64,000 nt of DNA from Planctomycetota bacterium (GTDB lineage Bacteria > Planctomycetota > PLA2 > JAEUHO01). The stretch spans positions 992,001 through 1,056,000 of the forward strand of contig CBDCTJ010000007.1 in assembly GCA_965222115.1 (NCBI GenBank). Direction: 5' to 3'. The notes beneath the pieces were generated by a model. The model saw nothing but the letters and a program-made list of their open reading frames with translations, did no database searches and had not been told where the DNA came from. This document shows positions 10,602 through 18,376 of this stretch, piece after piece (position 1 is the stretch's first letter; the number at the start of each line of letters is the position of its first letter). A program made the position numbers and the translations under genes.

Positions 10602-10667
10602 CGGTTCATCTCAAACCTGCTAGTCGAACGTCACCAAGCTGGTGGGAAGAAACGCGGCACGGTACTC
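10602..10667 (-). repeat. Truncated third copy of the long element's head (contains the 38-bp site S at 10630-10667)
   Basis: GTCACCAAGCTGGTGGGAAGAAACGCGGCACGGTACTC matches the reverse complement of 11195-11232 (29/38) and 43667-43704 (28/38). Similarity to 43640-43666 continues leftward. Confidence 0.75.
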
Positions 10668-10682
10668 TATTCCTGTCGAATC

Positions 10683-11075
10683 TCAGGAATTCGGCTCATC
10701 TAGCCCGTTGGCCAGGACACTTGCCGCTGCTACATCAATTGCGCCAGCGTCGTCGAAGTACAGAATATAGTGGCGCAGCAAGGTGGGCAGTTGTGTACGC
10801 GTATCAAGTAGGCTGTCTCGTGAACTCAATATCATTTGCAACCAGTCCGAATCATCACTTACTTTCAACGACTCGGCAGGTGAGACGTGGCGTACTTCCC
10901 AGCAACTCGAATCCCAGTAGCTAATTGCGACTGTGCCGCTAAATCGCACGTGAGCCCATACAACACTCCCGTCATCATTTTCGTAATCATATTCAATGAC
11001 AACATCTGGACCACTCATCCGGATTTTAGGACCATCGACGGTTCGATTGGTCGGCACAAGGAGTTTTAGTTCCAC
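10683..11075 (-). CDS. Small acidic orphan protein, AT-richer than its flanks (possibly immunity-protein-like)
   Basis: GGAGG-N6-GTG start at 11075; C-terminal LRHYILYFDDAGAIDVAA. Function is inference only. Confidence 0.7.
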   Translation of the reverse strand: MELKLLVPTNRTVDGPKIRMSGPDVVIEYDYENDDGSVVWAHVRFSGTVAISYWDSSCWEVRHVSPAESLKVSDDSDWLQMILSSRDSLLDTRTQLPTLLRHYILYFDDAGAIDVAAASVLANGLDEPNS

Positions 11076-11194
11076 TAATTGCCTCCGCCTCGAATTCTTG
11101 GTACAGACCAGCGCGACTCCCACTTTCGCGCAAGCGCGTAGTCAACTGCGCTCGAACCGAGCGAAACCGGTTTCATTTCTTATCATAATACAAC

Positions 11195-11712
11195 GAATAC
11201 AATGCCGGGTATCTTCCCGCCAAGTTAGTGACTTTGAATTGGAACCCTTGCGAACGCCGTCAACGTAGAAGCGAAGGAGCGAACTCGCTTGCGTAATTCA
11301 GCAATCAGGTCGCACGAATCGCGTGTTGTCCATTGCGAACGGAATTGCGTTGCGGATGACTCCTTACGAACGCAACAGACATATTCGACTCCACCGCCCT
11401 GTCAGGGCAGCAACTATGGGGGTGAGTTACCTGACTCGGGGTTCTGCGCCGCTACGCTGGCGCGCCACCCCGGGGCTGTGTCCGTGGCTCCTACGGGGCC
11501 GTTGACGATTTCGCGTAACGCAACCGGCGAAGACATTGATTCTTTTCGCGAGATTCGCCAAGAGTCGAACCGATTGAGAGTCGTTCGGCGCATTCGCAGT
11601 TCGCATTCAGCGTCGCTAGCGCTTCTTTGCGCGGTCCTTCAACAAGCACCTACTGACTTGACCAAGTGCGTTCACCTCACGGCTGCGCTTGGTGTCCTTC
11701 GTGCCCTTTGTG
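11195..11712 (+). repeat. Long non-coding element, copy 1, 5' part (up to the intron insertion)
   Basis: Aligns almost gap-free to the reverse complement of 43224-43704; 122/156 identities in the block starting at 11221 (hand count). Confidence 0.9.
11396..11500. repeat. REP-like three-hairpin module inside the long element
   Basis: GCCCTgtcAGGGC, CTCGGGGT...ACCCCGGG and GGCTCCtacGGGGCC; same layout as 25637-25756 (reverse) and 43437-43500. Confidence 0.7.
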
Positions 11713-13636
11713 GTGCGTCAGGATAAGCCGATGGAGATCAGAGAATGAAAGAGTCTTACGGCGAAGAGCTAGCCACTCACGCCGGCCTCGTGTCTTGCGT
11801 GGGCGCTCGTAAGGGCGCGCTGCGAAGCGTAGACAGAGGGGAGGTAGGCCCGGTATTGAGCCGCGAAACCACGATGAAATTCCAGGAGGCCGACACGATC
11901 ACCAACGTGAGAAGGCAACACGGCTGGGTGCGTCCTTGGCGAGCGTCCAGTTGCTCCTGCGCGGTCTTAGATCCGGTGCATGCCCCAATAGATTTCCATA
12001 CGGAACCTGAGAGAGCCTACGTTTGGCCCGCCTTTGGCAACGGGTCCGCGTCGGGAACCTCGATGAGGTCACGCCGACGATGAACGAACGCAGGCAGTCG
12101 GACAAACCCGTAGTACCGAAGAAGCGACCGAACAAGGGTCGGGATGCGTCCCGGTCTGCGGAGGACGTGAAGGGAAGGGGTTTGGCCAAGGGGAACTCGA
12201 TCCGACGAAGCAGAACCCGTGCGCAGATACGGAATGTTCTGAACCAGAAGATGGATCGGGTACGGCAAGTTGCTGTGGAACGAAAAGATGAGAAGTTCAC
12301 TACGCTCTGGCATCACGTGTACTCCGTGGATCGGCTTCGAGAGGCGTACTTCAGCCTCAAGCGCAAAGGCGCAGCCGGCGTTGATGGGGTTACGTGGGAG
12401 GCCTACGGCAAGAACCTTGAGAATAATCTCGTGGACTTGTCCGATCGCCTCAAGCGCGGCGCGTACCGAGCGCCTCCGGTGCGACGTGTGTACATCCCGA
12501 AAGCCGATGGACGGCAGCGTCCACTCGGTGTGCCTGCGATTGAGGACCGCGTGGTCCAACGCGCAGCTTCGGAGGTGATTGGCACGGTGTACGAGGAGGA
12601 ATTTCTCGGGTTCAGCTACGGCTTCCGCCCCGGGCGCAGCCAGCACAACGCGCTGGACGCCCTATGCGTGGGAATCGAGCGCAAGAAGGTGAACTGGGTG
12701 CTTGATGCAGACATTCGTGGGTTTTTCGATGCCATCGACCATGAGTGGCTAATGAAGTTCATCTCGCACCGGATTGCGGACAAACGTGTGCATCGCTTTA
12801 TCAAGAAGTGGTTGCACGCGGGCGTTATGGAAGATGGCGTGCGCAGGCCGACGAAGGTCGGCACCCCGCAAGGGGGCGGCATTAGTCCGCTGCTTGCCAA
12901 CGTGTACCTGCACTACGCCTTTGATCTGTGGGCCCACCAGTGGCGGCGGCGCCATGCGCGCGATGACATCATCATCGTGCGCTACGCTGACGACTTTGTG
13001 GTGGGATTCAAGTACAAGAACGAGGCTGAGCGATTCCTACGGGAACTCCGCGAACGCCTCAACACGTTCAAGCTGGAACTGCATCCCGACAAGACGCGTC
13101 TGATTGAGTTTGGCCGCTTTGCAGCGGTAAACCGAGCGGAACGCGGTGAAGGGAAGCCGCCCACATTCAAGTTTCTGGGCTTTACGCACATATGCGCAAC
13201 TACCCGGAAAGGCCGTTTCAAGGTTGTACGCAGAACGCGTGCGGATCGACTGGTAGCCACGCTACGAGCCATCCGTGATGCGCTCCGAAAACGACTCCAC
13301 TGGAAACCCGTACGTGTGGCTAAATGGCTCGCGTCTGTTATGCGGGGCTGGCTGAACTATCATGCCATCCCCGATAACGGCACAGCGCTCCAGCTCTTTC
13401 GGAGGCGGCTCCTGCGCATCTGGCGCAACCACCTACGGCGGCGTAGCCAACGCTCACGGTGTTCCTGGTGTCGCATGTATGCCTTGGAAAAACGCTACTT
13501 CCCAAGCCTTCGCATCCGTCACAAACGTCCCTACATGAACTTGCGCGTCATTACCTAAGGCAGGAGCCCGGTGCGGGAAATCCGCACGCCGGGATCTGTG
13601 CGGGGGGCTCCGGGAAACCGGAGTCCCTACCGCGAC
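11713..13636 (+). mobile_element. Group II intron (IIB-type, bacterial class E-like, no endonuclease domain)
   Basis: 5' GTGCG at 11713; domain V GAGCCCGGTGCGGGAAATCCGCACGCCGGGATC at 13564-13596; domain VI with bulged A, ending CGCGAC at 13636. Boundaries are confirmed by the intron-free element copy at 43223/43224. Class assignment is from recalled similarity. Confidence 0.95.
12080..13558 (+). CDS. ltrA: Group II intron reverse transcriptase/maturase
   Basis: AAGVDG, RRVYIPKADGRQRPLG, SYGFRPGRS, DADIRGFFD, GTPQGGGISPLLAN, YADD, FLGF, domain X (GWLNY). Start could be 12080 or 12251. Confidence 0.96.
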   Translation: MNERRQSDKPVVPKKRPNKGRDASRSAEDVKGRGLAKGNSIRRSRTRAQIRNVLNQKMDRVRQVAVERKDEKFTTLWHHVYSVDRLREAYFSLKRKGAAGVDGVTWEAYGKNLENNLVDLSDRLKRGAYRAPPVRRVYIPKADGRQRPLGVPAIEDRVVQRAASEVIGTVYEEEFLGFSYGFRPGRSQHNALDALCVGIERKKVNWVLDADIRGFFDAIDHEWLMKFISHRIADKRVHRFIKKWLHAGVMEDGVRRPTKVGTPQGGGISPLLANVYLHYAFDLWAHQWRRRHARDDIIIVRYADDFVVGFKYKNEAERFLRELRERLNTFKLELHPDKTRLIEFGRFAAVNRAERGEGKPPTFKFLGFTHICATTRKGRFKVVRRTRADRLVATLRAIRDALRKRLHWKPVRVAKWLASVMRGWLNYHAIPDNGTALQLFRRRLLRIWRNHLRRRSQRSRCSWCRMYALEKRYFPSLRIRHKRPYMNLRVIT

Positions 13637-13740
13637 AGAGTCCTCTTCTTCAACAGCGTTCCTATACGGCGCGCGTTCGCTCCCGCCAATCGGCGCTCCC
13701 CCACGCTTGCGCTTCGTTTCTTAGTTTCTTCGTGTGATCC
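13637..13740 (+). repeat. Long non-coding element, copy 1, 3' part (after the intron)
   Basis: AGAGTCCTCTTCTTCAAC...CGCTCCCGCCAA...CCCCCACGCTTGCGCTTCG...GATCC matches the reverse complement of 43132-43223. Confidence 0.9.
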
Positions 13741-13793
13741 ATCTTGAAACGAGCTGCTTACACACACCACCACTCTCCCCGAACCGCTTCCAT

Positions 13794-13854
13794 CAACGCT
13801 TGCGCCCTGCGCCTCCGCGCTCGTTGCGCCCCTGCGTGAGGTGAGGTCCGTCCG
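13794..13854 (+). repeat. 61-bp cap repeat, copy A
   Basis: CAACGCTTGCG...CTGCGTGAGGTGAGGT.CGTCCG, also at 44315-44375 in the same orientation. Confidence 0.85.
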
Positions 13855-13918
13855 ACGAGCACCTAATTGACCACACTCCACGAAACGTGTGATTCTTGTC
13901 CCGATACCGTATGGCGCG

Positions 13919-15265
13919 TTACGGAAACAACCCCCGCTCCGCGTACGCATCGGCGACGCGCTTGACAGCTACGGCCATAGCGGCGTCGCGCGGAGTGGCG
14001 CCGTACTTCTTGCGAGCCGCGGAGACGCGATCGTAGGCGTCGGTAATGCGACGCTTGAGCTTATGGCGCACTTCGTCGATATACCACGTCTCGCCGCGAC
14101 GGTTTTGTGTCCACTCGAAGAACGAGACGATCACACCACCCGAGTTGCAGAGGATGTCGGGAATGATGTCGATGCCCTTGTCGAGCAAGGTGGCCTCGGC
14201 CGATGAGGTGAGCGGGCCATTGGCCGCTTCGGCGATGAGTTTGCAGTCGAGGTCGTCGGCGTTTTCGTCGGTGACTTGCCACTCAAGTGCGCCGGGAATG
14301 ATGATGTCGGCTTTCACGCGCCAGAAGTCGGCTTTGTCGATGGCCTCGGCGTTTTCAAATCCCGCGACGCCGCCCGTCTTCTCCACGTGTTCGGCCAACG
14401 CGAACGCATCGATGCCGCTTGAGGCATAAACGCTTCCGGTGTGATCTTGTGCCGCAAGCATTTTGGATCCATGCTCGCGTTCAAGTATGCGCGCCGCCCA
14501 TGACCCCACGTTGCCGTAGCCCTGTACGGTGAACGTGGCTTCAGAGAGGTCCATGTCGTTTTCCATGGCCCACGCCGCAATGTTGTAGACCGTGCCGCGA
14601 CCGGTGGCTTCTTCGCGACCCAATGATCCGCCGGCGGCAATCGATTTGCCGGTTACTACGTGACGTTGCACGTTCTTGTGGGCGTAACCAATGCTGTTGA
14701 TGTAGGTGTCCATCATCCAGACCATGGTTTGCGCGTCGGTGCCCATGTCGGGCGCGGGAATGTCATAGTCCGGGCCGATGTTATTGCCGAGCGCGTGACA
14801 GAAGCGGCGTGTGAGACGCTCCAATTCGTTGCGCGTGAGTTTGGTCGGATCAATCTGCACACCACCCTTGGCACCGCCAAAGGGAAGATCGACCAGCGAA
14901 CACTTCCAGGTCATCCACGCGGCGAGCGCTTTCACTTCATCGAGATGGACGTGGGGACTAAAGCGCAAACCGCCCTTGTAGCAACCGAGCATATTGTTGT
15001 GCTGAATGCGATAGCCTTTGCACAGCAGCACCTGCCCGGTCTTGTCGCGGCGCAGCGGGAAATTGACGATGAGTTCGTTTTGCGGCTGGCTGAGGATGCC
15101 GCGCGTGCCCGCGTCGAGGTCGATGATGTCGGCCGCGCGGTTGAATTGCGCCACCGCCATTTGGTAGAGATTATCAAACTCATCGACTTTGATGCGTTTG
15201 GGGTTCTTGGTCGCGGGGCGGACGCTGTCATCGTGGGACGCGGAGTTCACGTGGGTGGAGGTCAC
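13919..15265 (-). CDS. gdhA: Glu/Leu/Phe/Val dehydrogenase (glutamate dehydrogenase)
   Basis: YKGGLRF, LPFGGAKGG, DIPAPDMGT, VTGK...GGSLGREEATGRG, QGYGNVG, EAANGP. Confidence 0.93.
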   Translation of the reverse strand: MTSTHVNSASHDDSVRPATKNPKRIKVDEFDNLYQMAVAQFNRAADIIDLDAGTRGILSQPQNELIVNFPLRRDKTGQVLLCKGYRIQHNNMLGCYKGGLRFSPHVHLDEVKALAAWMTWKCSLVDLPFGGAKGGVQIDPTKLTRNELERLTRRFCHALGNNIGPDYDIPAPDMGTDAQTMVWMMDTYINSIGYAHKNVQRHVVTGKSIAAGGSLGREEATGRGTVYNIAAWAMENDMDLSEATFTVQGYGNVGSWAARILEREHGSKMLAAQDHTGSVYASSGIDAFALAEHVEKTGGVAGFENAEAIDKADFWRVKADIIIPGALEWQVTDENADDLDCKLIAEAANGPLTSSAEATLLDKGIDIIPDILCNSGGVIVSFFEWTQNRRGETWYIDEVRHKLKRRITDAYDRVSAARKKYGATPRDAAMAVAVKRVADAYAERGLFP

Positions 15266-15505
15266 GGCGGATTCCTAGGACCAAAGGGGGTCGAACCGGG
15301 GGCTGCCAATCACGGGCGAGGCGACTATCCCTTGATCGGTGCCCTTTGGCAAAGGCCTTTGTGGGCGGCGCCGATTTAGAATTCTGCGGGCAGACACCGT
15401 TCCGTCACGAAAGTGCAAGGGCAAAGCGTGGCTGCCAGCGAGACCCTTGCGACACTGGATCGGGTAGCGGTCGATTCGGGCGCCGCGAACGCGCCCCTCG
15501 CCCGG

Positions 15506-15853
15506 ATGTCGGTGAAGCGCGTGGAGGCACGATTGACCAAATTGTTGATTCAAGACGCGGGGCTTACGCACATCGTAGATCTTCGGCCCAAGGAGACGCT
15601 CGTCGTTGGACGTTCGTTTGATTGTGGGTTTCAAGTCCGCAGCGAGGGCGCGTCGCGGCGTCACGTGATTTTGCGACCTGATGGAGACGGGCACTCGGTG
15701 GAAGACGCGGGATCTACCAATGGCACGCTGCTCAATGCCGCCCCGCTCACGGGCTCGCGACCGATCAAGGCTGGCGACGTGGTGACCCTCGGTGCGTGCA
15801 CGATCCAGGTGTTCGACGATCCGCCTCGACTCGCCGCCGAGCAGGCCGGCTAA
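15506..15853 (+). CDS. FHA domain protein
   Basis: VGR...SRRH...DAGSTNGT; start uncertain. Confidence 0.88.
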   Translation: MSVKRVEARLTKLLIQDAGLTHIVDLRPKETLVVGRSFDCGFQVRSEGASRRHVILRPDGDGHSVEDAGSTNGTLLNAAPLTGSRPIKAGDVVTLGACTIQVFDDPPRLAAEQAG

Positions 15854-15868
15854 GGGCCAAGGACAACC

Positions 15869-17107
15869 GTGCCGCTTTCGTTTCGCCGCGAAGACGCGCT
15901 GCGCTCACGGGCGTTGGTAGCCGCAATGCCGTACACAATCGGTGCGAGTGTTGACTGTGACTTGTGCATTCCGCGTTTGATCTCACCTCCCACGGCTTCC
16001 GACGAATCGGCCTATGCCAAGCTAAGTTCGAAACGAGGTGAGTTCGTACTCTCAGCGGTGGGCGACCACGCGCTACTCGTCAACGGCGAGCGCATCCCGT
16101 TTATTCCCTTGCGAGACGGCGACACACTCACCGTCGAGCTTATCGATGCCAACTCGCCACGTGAGGGCACGGTGCCTACGCCGTTTCGATTTCATAACTT
16201 TATGCCCGGCGCATTCGTGCAGCCGGGAGTGTCGCTGGCCTCGGCGTGGTGCGCGCATGAAGGTTCGCAGGACGACCGATTTGGTCCCATGCGGTATCTC
16301 AAGGAAAGCGCGTTAAATGCTACCACGATCGCGTCAGGCACAACCCTGGCGAACGACCAACTGATCAAAGTGAGTCGCCCGTATCGCGACATGGACCACG
16401 CGCAGGCTCAATTGGCGCTGCTTGCAGCCATCAGCGGTAGCGAGCATCCTGGCTTGGTGCCGTTCATTGATGGCGGACTGTTTCGGCAAGAGGATCGCGT
16501 CCATAGTTTCCTTGTTACGAAGTATGTCGCGGGTCAAACGGCCGGTGAATTGATGCAGCGTGCCGCAAGTGCTACTCACGGTGAGCGGGCGCGAATGCTC
16601 TATGGCGTGGTGGGCGCCGCGAAGGGTCTGCGCCATCTCCATCGACGCGGCATCCTTCATCGCGACGTGTCGCCTGGCAATGTCATTGTGCGCAGCGATG
16701 GAGAAGGTTTCTTGATCGATTACGATCAGGCCGTCCTCATGCGCCAGGTGTCCTCATCCAGCGACGCGATTGTGGGGACCCCCGGGTTTATTGCGCCGGA
16801 AGTCGTCACCGAAGGCTCTGCGGCCATCAGCGCCGAGAGTGATATCTATGCGCTTGTTGCGGTGATCTATGCGATGTGTACGGGTTCCGCGCCGGTGGAC
16901 GGCGAGAATCCATTGGCAGCGGTATCTCGAAGCGTGAGACCACCGCCCCGTCCGAGTGAACTTGGGGTACGACTTACCACAACGTTGGAAGATCTATTGA
17001 TGGCGGGCCTCTCGGCGAAACCGAACGATCGTCCACATGCGCGCGACGTCATTGACACGTTGGAACGCGCGGTTCGTCGTCTATTGATCGAATCAGAGCG
17101 GTCATGA
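15869..17107 (+). CDS. Degenerate FHA-like domain plus Ser/Thr protein kinase
   Basis: HRDVSPGN, LIDYD, GTPGFIAPE, SDIYAL; N-terminal beta-rich FHA-like region (LLVNGERI...LRDGD). Confidence 0.85.
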   Translation: MPLSFRREDALRSRALVAAMPYTIGASVDCDLCIPRLISPPTASDESAYAKLSSKRGEFVLSAVGDHALLVNGERIPFIPLRDGDTLTVELIDANSPREGTVPTPFRFHNFMPGAFVQPGVSLASAWCAHEGSQDDRFGPMRYLKESALNATTIASGTTLANDQLIKVSRPYRDMDHAQAQLALLAAISGSEHPGLVPFIDGGLFRQEDRVHSFLVTKYVAGQTAGELMQRAASATHGERARMLYGVVGAAKGLRHLHRRGILHRDVSPGNVIVRSDGEGFLIDYDQAVLMRQVSSSSDAIVGTPGFIAPEVVTEGSAAISAESDIYALVAVIYAMCTGSAPVDGENPLAAVSRSVRPPPRPSELGVRLTTTLEDLLMAGLSAKPNDRPHARDVIDTLERAVRRLLIESERS

Positions 17108-18309
17108 CGAGACAGCCGCGTCGTCGAGCATCCTCGGGTCAGGGTCGCGTGGTGTTGCGTGGAGGCCCTCCCGCACATCCGCTCGTGTTTTCTAAGCGCG
17201 TGGCGCATGTCGATCGGGATGTGACCAGTGGCGACGTTGCGCTCGTGTGTACGCGCGAAGGGGAACCCATTGGGCATGGTTTTTATCACGCCTCGTCTCA
17301 GATTGCGGTGCGCATGCTATCGCGCGACATGCGCGTGCGCCCCGACCCGGCGTGGCTGCGGGCGAAACTTCAGCGCGCTCACGAGCTGCGCACCGAACTT
17401 CTAAGTCTTCCCGCCGTCACCGACGCGTGGCGCGCTGTGCATGCGGAAGCTGATGGGCTGTCGGGGCTCGTTGTGGATCGATACGGCGACGTGGCGGTTG
17501 CATCGCTATTCAGTTTGGGTTGGTTTCGGCGATTCGATGACGTTGTGGCGGCTCTAAAAGAAGTGCTCGGCGTGAAGGATGTGTACATGCGCGTGGATCC
17601 GCGCACCGAGCAACACGAAGGCTTTCAAGCCGTCGATCAGCGTGCGCCAAAACCGTTTCTTGTTCGCGAACATGGCCTTTCGTTCATGGTGGATGTGCTC
17701 GGTGGGCACAAGACCGGCTACTTTCTCGACCAACGTGACAATCGCAGGCGCATTCATGATTTGGCGAAGGGTCGCCGTGTATTTGACGGCATGACCTATA
17801 CCGGCGGATTTGCACTTGCCGCCGCGCAAGGCGGTGCAGAGTCGGTAGAAGGGATGGACCTCGACGAGAAGGCGATTGCAGTTGCCAAGAAAAACGCCGA
17901 CGCAAACAAGTTGAAGGCCACCTTCGTACATGGCGACGTCTTTCATCGTCTGCGCGACTTTGCTGGGCGCCCAAACAACGAGCGCCCCGATTTGCTCATT
18001 GTGGACCCCGCCAAATGGGCCAAGAACCGCAACGCGCTCCCCGCGGCACGCAGTCGCTACTTTGATTTGAACCGGTTGGCGTTTCGTGCCGTGCGCACCG
18101 GTGGTCTGGTGTTTACGCACTCGTGCAGCGGACTCCTATCGGAAGAGGACTTCCTTCAGATCCTTCGCAACGCTTCCCTCGACGCCAACCGCAATGTGAA
18201 CATTCTCAGCATCTCCGGCGCCGCGCCCGACCACCCCGTCTCCTTGCGCACGCCCGAGACGCGCTATCTGAAATCGGTGTTGTGTGTTGTTGAACGATCG
18301 TCCGAATGA
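17104..18309 (+). CDS. rlmI: 23S rRNA m5C1962 methyltransferase (RlmI family)
   Basis: PUA-like N-terminus, EADGLSGLVVDRY, GHKTGYFLDQRDNR, YTGGF, DP, SCS, PDHP...YLK. Confidence 0.9.
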   Translation: MTRQPRRRASSGQGRVVLRGGPPAHPLVFSKRVAHVDRDVTSGDVALVCTREGEPIGHGFYHASSQIAVRMLSRDMRVRPDPAWLRAKLQRAHELRTELLSLPAVTDAWRAVHAEADGLSGLVVDRYGDVAVASLFSLGWFRRFDDVVAALKEVLGVKDVYMRVDPRTEQHEGFQAVDQRAPKPFLVREHGLSFMVDVLGGHKTGYFLDQRDNRRRIHDLAKGRRVFDGMTYTGGFALAAAQGGAESVEGMDLDEKAIAVAKKNADANKLKATFVHGDVFHRLRDFAGRPNNERPDLLIVDPAKWAKNRNALPAARSRYFDLNRLAFRAVRTGGLVFTHSCSGLLSEEDFLQILRNASLDANRNVNILSISGAAPDHPVSLRTPETRYLKSVLCVVERSSE

Positions 18310-18376
18310 TGATGCGACTTCCCGTTAGGCGCCGCGCGCGTTTGGTGTGTCATGGGGCCAGTGCAACAATGCGCAC

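Noticed and set aside
10652-10670. Sigma54 promoter within site S (GGCACG)
   Set aside because: The -12 TTGC element is absent in all three copies.
10584-11240. Integron cassette with attC sites
   Set aside because: No RYYYAAC...GTTRRRY hairpin follows the ORFs (GTTAGTG does not fit), and there is no integrase.
11289-11726. ORFs over the long element (11289..11726 and 42940..43320) sharing a TDLTK.VHLT.ALGVLR peptide
   Set aside because: The similarity follows from DNA identity. Substitutions show no codon bias, frames differ through indels, and there is no shared start.
12023-13558. RT as part of a retron, DGR or CRISPR-RT system
   Set aside because: It has YADD, a maturase X domain and flanking domain V/VI with GTGCG...AC ends, and there is no TR/VR pair or msr/msd.
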